This document shows, piece by piece, positions 20,590 to 29,935 of a stretch of 34,446 nucleotides of DNA (position 1 is its first letter; the number at the start of each line of letters is the position of its first letter). The notes under the pieces were generated by a model. The model did no database searches. It was not told the origin of the DNA and was given only the letters and a program-made list of their open reading frames with translations. The position numbers were made by a program, and so were the translations under genes. Origin of the DNA: Aduncisulcus paluster (lineage: Eukaryota); NCBI GenBank assembly GCA_024181965.1, contig BQXS01012435.1, positions 1 to 34,446 on the forward strand, in the 5' to 3' direction.

Positions 20590-23064
20590 TCATGTGGATC
20601 CAGAATGTTTTCGATTTTGTTCTTTGATAATACCATCAATAGACGGGTATTCAAACCCTTCCCCAATCTCTGGCAGTAAAGATTTGATAGTTTGCACTTT
20701 TTTGCGAGCATCATGAACACTCATACGTGCATCTTCATCTCGCTGAATGAGACCTGTGAAAACCTCATTGAAAACCTCATTAACAGTTTTGTATTTCCCA
20801 TCTTCAATGGTCAACAAGGATTTGAACAAAGGAACTCAACAAAGCCGTGGACACAAATCACATTCTATCAAACGAATAAGGACTTTTATGACATCAATAT
20901 CATCTGCTCTTCCCAAGTTAACTTTTCTATTAACTTCTCTGACAAGAGGCAATGAAACAAAAGGTTGCTCACATAAGAATAATGAAAGGATCGACATTCC
21001 AAGAGAATACGCATCACTCTTTTGGGTTTGAGTCCCATTCAAAAGGGTTTCATAAGAGTTATACACAAGAGTTCCACATCTGGATTTATCATGTTTTGGA
21101 TTCTTTTCTTTCTTCTCACCCCGAATTGGTTCAGCGGCTGACTTGGAAGATGCTGAAGAAGAGATGGAATCCAAGATTCGGACCATTCCAAGATCAGAGA
21201 GAACAACAGTGCATTCGCCATCCTTGGGACCAATACGAACAAGAAAGTTGTCAGGTTTCACATCTCGATGCACAAGGCTGCGTTCCGCTCTAAACACATC
21301 ATCAACACTCACATACTTGCCAGCTGCACACCAACTCTTTGCAAACGAACTCACACTACCTCCAACACAAAATTCCATCAAGAAACCATACACACCATGG
21401 AAATCTGCATCAAGAAGGTCAAGGATATACAAGGGACGTGGGATATGGTTGAAACATTTGGGATTCGTGAATAACTTGAGTTGCACCTTAAACTCCTTCC
21501 GACACCCTTTCACAACCTTTTTGTCTGCAACTCGAAGGATCTTCTTCAGAACACATGGGAAAGGAAGACCATTAACTTTCACAAGAAGAACCTCTCCGAA
21601 TGTACCCCTGCCAATGATGCACTGAGGAGTGATGGTGGATGCAGAAGTCAAGGTTAATGAGTCGTGCTTTGGCAAGATTTTATCATCTTTAGGACCTGAA
21701 TCTTGATCGACTGAGGATTTTTCAGGAAGAAAACTCGAAGCAAGCGAAGAATCTAGCAAGTGGTGCTTGGGCTTACCATCCTTGGGGTTATGTTTCTTTT
21801 TATCCTGAGGTTTCTTCTGTTTGGTGTCTTTTGGTGCTGAACCCTTACCATTTCCAATTATGACAACTTCTTGTCTTTCTTCAGCATCATCTTCTTCTTC
21901 TTTCAGGGCAGCTCTCACAGGTTTTGATGGCAAAGGCAAAGTTGATGTGGGTGTCCTGGAGTAACTGGAAGGAACAGGAGTAAGAAGAGGAGAAGAGTTG
22001 GGATTATCATCACCTCGAATGAAAACAAGGGATTGGATACGGAAATATCGGCAATAATGATTATTTAGAATTCCTTTCCCTTCAATCTCACACAATACAA
22101 TATTATTTAAATCAATAGGAAGGAAGTACCATTGGTATCTATATTTAGGTTTTGGGAATTCATACTTCTTGAATATTTTTTTCCTATCACAATCAGTGAA
22201 AGTAAAGAGAAGAGATGGGGAACTATCATCTTTATCCACACAGATATAAGCAGCTTTTAATGGACTTGGCGATGGGAAAGGGATGGAAAGGTGGGATAAA
22301 CGGACATCATCTTCCCCTTTTAACATTCTTTGGGCTCTTGAACTTTGATCATAATACAAAGATTCCTTTCTCTTTGAATCATCTTTGCATTTAACCATTG
22401 AGAATAAAGGATCAACAAGATGTGGATCATCACGTGGAATGGGAATAGATTTTCTACCATGTGATTCTTTATCTCCTTTCTTAACAAACTCTGGTTTCAC
22501 AACTGGAGCTTCAGACCATAGTTTCTTTTTGACTTCTTGAGCTAGGAGTTCCTCAGGGCTTTTTTCTCGAAAGAAAACAAGGGATTTGATGCCAAAGCAA
22601 TCTCTACTTCTTCCTTTCCCTGAAATCTCACACAAAACAACATCAGAGAGATCAACAGGAAGTAAATACTAATGGGCTTCCTTAAATTCAGGAAATTCGT
22701 ATTTTTTAGATGCTTTCTCCTTCTTTGAAGATGTGAACCTGAAGATAAGATGTGATGGAAGCATGGTCCAAGAATAATTTGAAAGACAAACATAAGCAGC
22801 TTTCATTGGGAAAGATGAGGAGAAAGGAATAGAGATATTAGTAAAGTGTCCATAATTAAGCTCTCCTTTAATCGTCTTTTCTGCACTATAACTCTGATCG
22901 AATCCTTTATCACCTTCTTCCTTGCTTCCATCTATTGCTTTGATATCTTGAAATTCGGCACTCATAATATTGGGGGCGTCTCCAGGAAGTGGACAACAAT
23001 CCTCCCATCCCTCATGAACAAACTCTGGTTCCACAGTTTGAAAAACATCTGAGAATGAACTCAT
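20590..23064 (-). pseudogene. Divergent Ser/Thr protein kinase with two tandem N-terminal domains; pseudogene
   Basis: ORFs 22669..23094, 20836..22635 and 20590..20829 share one frame, split by TAG (22669-22671) and TGA (20836-20838). Kinase motifs IGRGTFGEV, VLKK, HRDVKPDN, SDLG, GTLVYNSYE and SDAYSLG. The segment between the hinge and HRD is too short (helix E apparently missing). Confidence 0.8.
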
Positions 23065-23151
23065 TTGACAAGAATTTAACATAAAATAAAACAAACAGAA
23101 TTGTGATAAACAATAATGCGAATGTCAAGAAGAACGGTCCTCAGAAAAAAG

Positions 23152-23170
23152 ACAAATTCAACCCTCAACC
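23152..23170 (+). repeat. 19-bp direct repeat, right copy (ACAAATTCAACCCTCAACC)
   Basis: Exact match to 20526..20544. Lies 87 bp upstream of the kinase ATG at 23064. Confidence 0.9.
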
Positions 23171-23425
23171 GGCCCTACCGGTATTTGAAGGCAACTCGTT
23201 AAACCACGAATTAATTTATAAAATCCAAATTAAATTGTCAAAATAAACATAAGCCTTGAGATATATAATGTTATTTTTCATCAATGTATGTGAACTGCAA
23301 GATTTTTGCCAATAGAATCTATTTTGAAAAAATATTATTTTTCTCGCTATTAACAAGCTACATTATGTATTGGGTATTTTATTTTATTATAAATTCGGTT
23401 TTACTATGATTATATAAATACAATG

Positions 23426-24089
23426 CTAGTGAAAAATTATTTTTGCGAGTTGTTGGATAATAGGCTTCTCCACCAATCCTGGTCCGCTCACGACAGTTTG
23501 GCAAGTACTCTTTTCCATTCCAGGCCTTTTCATACTGGCAAAGATTTCACTAAATGGGATTATTTGTTCCAAAGCACGGTCCCATGCAGATTTTTTCTTG
23601 TCTTGAATCTTTTTGGTCCTGGGTGCGAATGGAACTCGTTCACATTTCCGTCTCGTGACAACTTCATTGAGCTTAATGGCCTGGGTTCTCAATCTCTCTC
23701 GCATGGTTGCCTCAGCCTCGGTCAATTCCTTCTCAAGCTCGAGATTACGATTTCTCACACGTGTAACTTCCTGGTTGTCGCTGAAGAACCTCCATGGGCA
23801 GCACAGGCTTCTCAATTTTCTTTCCTTCCAAATATTCAGCCCAATCGGGCAAAAAAAGGGATTGCTTTAGTCTATGACTGTTTGTATTTTTTTAAAAGCA
23901 TGAACATTTTCCTTTGACGCATGGAATTCCTGCAATGAAACAAGGGCAAGTCATCTTTCCTGCGCAATTATTAGCTCCACAACATTTACATTGGCCAGGA
24001 TAACCTGAAATCTTGCACACTTTGACTAAATTATCATGTTGACGAAACAGCTTTTCCCGTTCAATTGCTATGAATTTCCATGCAGCCAT
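23426..24089 (-). pseudogene. Degenerate ORF with CXC-like Cys cluster followed by a coiled coil
   Basis: QCKCCGANNCAGKMTCPCFIAGIPCVKGKCSC, then an in-frame TAA (23892), protein-like continuation (DWAEYLEGKKIEKP), and a frame change into RNRNLELEKELTEAEATMRERLR. Confidence 0.4.
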
Positions 24090-24582
24090 TCTCGTACCAC
24101 GATGGACATGGTGAAAGGATGTGGTTACTGAGATACGTATTTATTTGACAGCAAAACTCTGCACCTGTGCGAAAAGAAATAAACAATAAATTCCTTTAGA
24201 AAATAATTTCTTACATAAAAGTCGGCAAAACCGAGACGGAGATCGAAACGAAAAAGTGTTTTGGAAATGTTGACAAGTAATTCAGAATGATTACGAGAAA
24301 TGACATTTCTTATTTGTCAATCCTCAAAAGTTGTTCAAAACGACTTGGAAATCTATTTTTTTCGTATTTCGCTTCGATTAACAAGTTTTTATGCATATAT
24401 TTGAGTTGCAAAGTCATTTTAGAACAAAAATAAAACAGCGTGTTCTAAAAATAGATTTTCTAAAAATAGAAATGGGCATTTGTAAATGGGTTTAACACAC
24501 TCTATTTCTTATTATTTGATAAATGAAAAGATATTTCTGCATCAATACAACCAATTCCACCTCTTGTTGAAAAGTAAAGTTG

Positions 24583-27500
24583 TTATTTTGCCAATTTTGA
24601 GAGTCGTTCTCGCTCCCTCGCATTTCTTATCTCCTCCCGAAGTGTAATTTCATATTGTTCCTTGACTTCTGGTTTCACAAATATGGATAGAGAACGTGCT
24701 AATTTCACGCGTTCAGAAAGGGAAAATGAGAGTGATTTTCGTGTATTCTTTGGCAAAAACACACGAGACATTGACTTACAAAGCTTTACCAACGTTCCTT
24801 TTTCCATCTTTTGTCCCTTCATTCCTTTCAAAGCAGTCTTAAATATTGCATATTCATCATCCGAGAGAGTTTGTTTGACATCTTTGATATATTTCAATTT
24901 CCCTTCCTTTGATGATGAATAACTCAGAGAAGAAATCGCTGATGAACTGCTGCTCTGAGATTTCTCAATTTGTTTCTCTTGAATCTTTTTATGCTGCGAG
25001 AACAATTCCTCCATTCCAACGATATTATCCATGATTGTTTTTTGCTTCTTCTTCCTCCGTTTCTTCTCTCCGAGCACCTTTACACCGAATATTCCACTTT
25101 TCACCGAGGGAGAGTCAGAAATGACATGTTGTTTCACGCCAAAGAATTTACACATCCTGTCTATCCACTCGGCTTCCCCATTCTCTGATATTTCCAACCC
25201 TCTCTTCACCCATCCACTGAGTCCTTTCATGTGATTATCTTGTGCATACCGTTCGTCGCAGAGCACCACCAATCCATAATCATCTTTATGCCGGCATACT
25301 CGACCGATAGCCTGATTCGAGGATCGAAGAGCTTCGAGAGTGTACCATTCAGAGTCAGTGAGGGGAGGAGGGGGAAGAGAATAAATTCCTTGGCATATCT
25401 CGAGGATAAAAAAGGCTGATTCAATCGACACATCTGTGAAGGCCGAGTATGTTGAGGTATACAAGGCTGTTGCATCACGATGAGCACTGAGAGCTGAGTC
25501 CATTTCTGATTTTATATTGTTACACATGGCATAACCTTGTCTCATGCGTTGACCCCCTTTTATAAGAGACAAGGCCTGAGAAAGTTGTTTTTTATAATGA
25601 GGAGGATGAACTTGATGAGATTTTATCTTCTGCTCGAGAGTTTTCACCTTATCTCCCCAATGTCTTCTCATACGTTTGTAGTACTCTTTCTGCATCTGGA
25701 CACCCCTATCATTAACAGGGGGGTAGGGGAGACCAGTAAGGATTACACATCGACTCATGTCATCTTTGCTATCGAAGCCTTCACTGATCTTACCACGACA
25801 CACGGCAAATAAGGCTCCACCACGACTCTTTCGGGCAGAGCTGGAGGTTCTTCTCTTGACGCCAACTGAAACACTATCCAGGGCTGCCTTATATTCGTCG
25901 ATGACGTCTTGGAGTTCTTCAGCTTTCCGGGGTTCGATGACAAGATGTTTTAAAGAATGTAATGAATCCCAATATCCTTTGCGTTTGAACACATCAATGG
26001 TATCACGCATCGCAGCAAAAGAGGGGAAAAAAACAAGCACCCCACCTTTGACATAAGCAAAACAAGCAAACAATAAGGAAGCAAGATTATCAATATACGT
26101 ATCAGTGAGTCTATTTTTAAACCGACTATTTAAAGAAGTGGGTGAGAAATCAGTAGTCGTTGTGAAAGCAGAATATGATGAAGATGAAGAAGAAGAAGAT
26201 GAAGATGATGATGAAGTCAAGGGAGCAAATGAATTCTCCATGCTGTGGCGAAAATCGAAGGCTGAACCCTTTCCAACGCTCTCTGGTATTACCATTCCAC
26301 CCCTTGTTCTTCCTTCACCTTGAACTTTTACAAGAGCTTCTTGCATCTTCAATTTGTCCCCTTGATCCCTCGCTGATACATATTCCCACCAAGCCCTACG
26401 AAGACCCTTGGTTACACCCTTTGTCACAACACACGGAACTTGGGAAGAAGCAACAACATGTTCGTTGGCAAGTTGGATAGGAAATGGTAGGGAATATTCC
26501 TTTTCATAGGGCGATAGGGGAGACAAGGTTCCACTGGTGAGAATTAAGGACCAACACCTCGCTCGAGCACACAACTTCCTAACGGCATATGAAGGAGAGA
26601 AACAACGGAATTCAAATTCTATGTCATAAATTCCATGAGGACGGAGTGCAGGGGGCAAGGAAGGTGCAAGAGAAACTGCAGCTTTTGACACAGCTTCTTG
26701 GCGATGGGGAGGAGCATGTTGGACGAACAAGGGTTGGGCTGCTCCTGAAAACAAATCACAAGAACCATCAGATTTCACTCTAAAAATAGAATTGAGAAAT
26801 TCATGGATTATTGATAAAGCAGGATCATAACTTACTCCCATAAAGAATGGATGGGAACAGCATTGAGCAATAGTCCTTATTTGAGCACTAACCGAGGTTT
26901 TGTAATCTTTGACTTTCATAGTTGCAACCATTTTCTCACCTTCCTCACCTTGAGTCCATCCTTCTGCTTTGATACCACAAAGCAACCCAATATGTCGAAT
27001 GAGTTCAGATGACTCAATGGCAACAAAAGGGGCCGTTTCAGATGGGGTTATTGATTTTGAAGGAGGAAATGGCTTGAATACATTTCCATCTTCCAATATC
27101 GGACTTCCGAGTACTTGAGGTTTTCCTGGAGATGTTGCAAAGCTATAAAGTGAAGAGGAGGAGGAGATACCAATTTTCTTTGACGAAGAATGGCTAGTTT
27201 TCTTCTTTCTTTCTGTCCACCTCTTGGCATCAGGAGGAATGGTGCTTGTGTTGATTCCGATCCCATAACGAATGATCAACGAATGTAACTTTCTGAGGAT
27301 TCTTACAAGAGTTTTCATTTGAACATCGTCGAATAACTTGTTTTCTTCACTATATGGAAGAGTTGGTGTGGATAACATAAGAATATTGCCTCTGACAACA
27401 TATTTGCTCTTTCGAAGCTGATCAATCTCTTCCTTGGACAAGATAGAGACAATTTTCTCCGATGAAGTTGATTTAGAGTCTCCTTTATCGCTTGAAGTTC

Positions 27501-28653
27501 CCATAGGAACAGGAGCAATGTTGTAGACAACTGTGATACCTATTCCTTGCATCTTTTTAAGCATTCTATGGACTTCATTCTTGGCCTGGGTGATCTTAGT
27601 TCCGGTCAAAGATCGTGTTTCTTCGGCTGAACTGGCCCCATGAAGGTTGTGAGCCTCATCAAAAATTATGACGCTCCCAGGTCGATCGAAGAGCCCAGTT
27701 ACTCCACGCATGGATGATGATAAAGCATAGGAATATGGCATGAGGACAACACCACGGCCTCTCTCTGCAACATCCTTTGATGAATGGCGGCAAAGAAAAT
27801 ACGGACATACGAGATTACGTTCCCCATATGAAGTAGCATCTTCAATATCGAACGCATGAGTCTCCATTTTATCGCGCATCCTCATCAATTGGTTATCAAA
27901 GAAGTCAGAAAGACGATCATTTCCCATTCCTCCTCTCTTTCCACCGACACCTCTCTTGAACTTTCCTCCACGAGAACCAGATACAATTTGATCGACTGCT
28001 TCACTCACAGAAATACCACCACTTGGTCCATCACCGGTGTAAGGATAATATTTGCATCGTCCTTCTGCTCGTAGAGAAGCACACATCACCCGAGCAATAT
28101 TGGGAGACTTCGAGTTTACATCAGGATTCAAACATAAATGTTTGCGACTTGCAAGAAGACCAAATGGAACAGATGATAATTGCTTTAACTCTTTTGAGAC
28201 CTGAGTCAACTGAGAATGAGTTCGAGAAGTATAGATAATAACAGGTGAAGGACGCGAATCTTCCGTTAATTTCAATACAGAAGCCTCTAAAACGGCAGAT
28301 CCACTGACTTTTCCGACAGAACGGACCATTTTTTGCTGTTCTTGCTGAAATCTTACATGATATTGAGCAGCGACTGCTGAACTGGCACAACGATCTCCAA
28401 TAATGGCATTATCATTATTAGCAACCTCTTTCTGCCATGATAAAGATGCAGACAATAAGCAGATGGTCTTTCCAGTCCCGGTTGGACTCTCCAATAACGC
28501 ATTACTTCCAGAAACTAATGCAGTCATTAATCTCTCCATATATTTCCTTTGTTGAGGATAAGGCTTGTAAGGAAATTCAATATTCACTCCATGTTCAGTA
28601 ATATCCATCCCCTCATTGACGAAAAAGTGATTGCAGATATTGGAGAATATCAT
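24583..28653 (-). CDS. RTEL1: RTEL1-like Fe-S cluster DNA helicase (XPD/FANCJ/RTEL1 family); start may instead be the ATG at 28608
   Basis: FPYKPYPQQ (Q motif), ESPTGTGKT, YTSRTHSQL, four Fe-S Cys (RKHLC, MC, RCKYY, CPYF), DEAHN, TSGTLSP, VFFPSF, AVCRGKISEG and NQAIGRVCRHKDDYG. The C-terminal YIKDVKQTLSDDEYAIFKTAL resembles the RTEL1 harmonin-N-like domain. Confidence 0.85.
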   Translation of the reverse strand: MIFSNICNHFFVNEGMDITEHGVNIEFPYKPYPQQRKYMERLMTALVSGSNALLESPTGTGKTICLLSASLSWQKEVANNDNAIIGDRCASSAVAAQYHVRFQQEQQKMVRSVGKVSGSAVLEASVLKLTEDSRPSPVIIYTSRTHSQLTQVSKELKQLSSVPFGLLASRKHLCLNPDVNSKSPNIARVMCASLRAEGRCKYYPYTGDGPSGGISVSEAVDQIVSGSRGGKFKRGVGGKRGGMGNDRLSDFFDNQLMRMRDKMETHAFDIEDATSYGERNLVCPYFLCRHSSKDVAERGRGVVLMPYSYALSSSMRGVTGLFDRPGSVIIFDEAHNLHGASSAEETRSLTGTKITQAKNEVHRMLKKMQGIGITVVYNIAPVPMGTSSDKGDSKSTSSEKIVSILSKEEIDQLRKSKYVVRGNILMLSTPTLPYSEENKLFDDVQMKTLVRILRKLHSLIIRYGIGINTSTIPPDAKRWTERKKKTSHSSSKKIGISSSSSLYSFATSPGKPQVLGSPILEDGNVFKPFPPSKSITPSETAPFVAIESSELIRHIGLLCGIKAEGWTQGEEGEKMVATMKVKDYKTSVSAQIRTIAQCCSHPFFMGVSYDPALSIIHEFLNSIFRVKSDGSCDLFSGAAQPLFVQHAPPHRQEAVSKAAVSLAPSLPPALRPHGIYDIEFEFRCFSPSYAVRKLCARARCWSLILTSGTLSPLSPYEKEYSLPFPIQLANEHVVASSQVPCVVTKGVTKGLRRAWWEYVSARDQGDKLKMQEALVKVQGEGRTRGGMVIPESVGKGSAFDFRHSMENSFAPLTSSSSSSSSSSSSSYSAFTTTTDFSPTSLNSRFKNRLTDTYIDNLASLLFACFAYVKGGVLVFFPSFAAMRDTIDVFKRKGYWDSLHSLKHLVIEPRKAEELQDVIDEYKAALDSVSVGVKRRTSSSARKSRGGALFAVCRGKISEGFDSKDDMSRCVILTGLPYPPVNDRGVQMQKEYYKRMRRHWGDKVKTLEQKIKSHQVHPPHYKKQLSQALSLIKGGQRMRQGYAMCNNIKSEMDSALSAHRDATALYTSTYSAFTDVSIESAFFILEICQGIYSLPPPPLTDSEWYTLEALRSSNQAIGRVCRHKDDYGLVVLCDERYAQDNHMKGLSGWVKRGLEISENGEAEWIDRMCKFFGVKQHVISDSPSVKSGIFGVKVLGEKKRRKKKQKTIMDNIVGMEELFSQHKKIQEKQIEKSQSSSSSAISSLSYSSSKEGKLKYIKDVKQTLSDDEYAIFKTALKGMKGQKMEKGTLVKLCKSMSRVFLPKNTRKSLSFSLSERVKLARSLSIFVKPEVKEQYEITLREEIRNARERERLSKLAK

Positions 28654-28703
28654 AACAGAGAAAATATTAAAAATAACAAATAATAGGTGAATTTTATCAA
28701 TAT

Positions 28704-29755
28704 TTATTCCGTTTTAAGCATTTTCGCTTCATTAAACCAGTTTACGATAATTTTCTTGCAAAACTTACAAACACCTTCTTCATAAAGAGTACCATCCTCA
28801 TAGAAAGCATCTTTGAGTAAATATAAACCGTAACTCACAACATTTCCCTCTTGTGTCTGTGAATCGAAAAAGGGTTTTTTCCAAGAGGGTTTTGTGAAGT
28901 GTTTTTCCACTTTCTTCTTATCATCATGACGTTTCTTTTGTTTGAATTCTTCATCATCAGCTAAATATAATATTTGATCCGTTGAAACTCCTTCATCGAC
29001 ACATAACAATTTTAGAACCATCTCCTTGTCATCAAAGAAAAAGAAAAGGGAAGGTCTTTTTGACTCAGCAAGAAGCTTTGATGGCATAAATTTTTTGCTA
29101 AAAATCGTAAAATCAATCTCCTCTTTTTTATCTTTCTGAACTTTGGGAGATGATGATGAGGAAGATTCTTTGGGGGGTTTTTGGCCTTGAGATCCCTTTT
29201 TGATATCTCTAACTCCAATTATTTTCCCAATTTTTCCAANNNNNNNNNNNNNNNNNNNNCCTTGTCATCAAAGAAAAAGAAAAGGGAAGGTCTTTTTGAC
29301 TCAGCAAGAAGCTTTGATGGCATAAATTTTTTGCTAAAAATCGTAAAATCAATCTCCTCTTTTTTATCTTTCTGAACTTTGGGAGATGATGATGAGGAAG
29401 ATTCTTTGGGGGGTTTTTGGCCTTGAGATCCCTTTTTGATATCTCTAACTCCAATTATTTTCCCAATTTTTCCAATTTTAAGATCTTTTGATTGGATTCT
29501 ACTAAAAACAAAATAAAGCCCAAAAAATAAAATACTGATGATTGAAAGGACAAATCTATACTTTGTATGGTTTCCTGGAGTTCTTAATATCCACCAAGAT
29601 AATCCAGTTAATCCTAGACAAACTACACCAATGACAATTTGAATATACATGGTTCCGGAACTCAAAGAAAATCTATTCTCCAAAACCTGGATGAAACATT
29701 CATTTAAAACTCGAAAAATGGTGTTTCTATCTGATAAATTCACTTTTGTTGGCAT
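28704..29755 (-). CDS. Probable signal peptidase complex subunit 2 (SPC25/SPCS2-like), 271 aa after collapsing the gap duplication
   Basis: MPTKVNLSDRNTIFRVLNE..., two adjacent TM helices, and C-terminal FYEDGTLYEE resemble SPC25. ORFs 29219..29845 and 28704..29087 fuse in frame when the duplicate is removed. Confidence 0.55.
29024..29475. repeat. Tandem 216-bp duplication around 20-N gap (29024..29239 = 29260..29475); probable assembly overlap
   Basis: The same sequence flanks N run 29240-29259. Confidence 0.9.
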
Positions 29756-29935
29756 TTGGCGTCCAAAACCTCTCCAAGAAGCTTGAGATAATAAAACAAA
29801 AGAAAAACATCCCATAAAAAGACAATATAGCACCTTATTATGCAAAATTAGAATGAAAATGTTTTCTGAAATCTGAATGGAAAGATAGCCATGATTTTGC
29901 CGCTCTTTGATAATTCTACTCTTTGAAAAAGGAAG

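Noticed and set aside
20836-22671. Stop-codon reassignment (e.g. hexamitid TAR=Gln) or selenocysteine explaining in-frame stops
   Set aside because: TAA, TAG and TGA each end intact genes here (Rab TAA directly after the CxC motif, SPFH TAG, cathepsin TGA). The internal stops differ from each other and are confined to degenerate ORFs.
24417-24470. 10-bp inverted repeat TTTTAGAACA/TGTTCTAAAA, 13-bp tandem repeat, and weak similarity between ~23316 and ~24350
   Set aside because: Very AT-rich and short; not convincing as transposon ends or LTRs.
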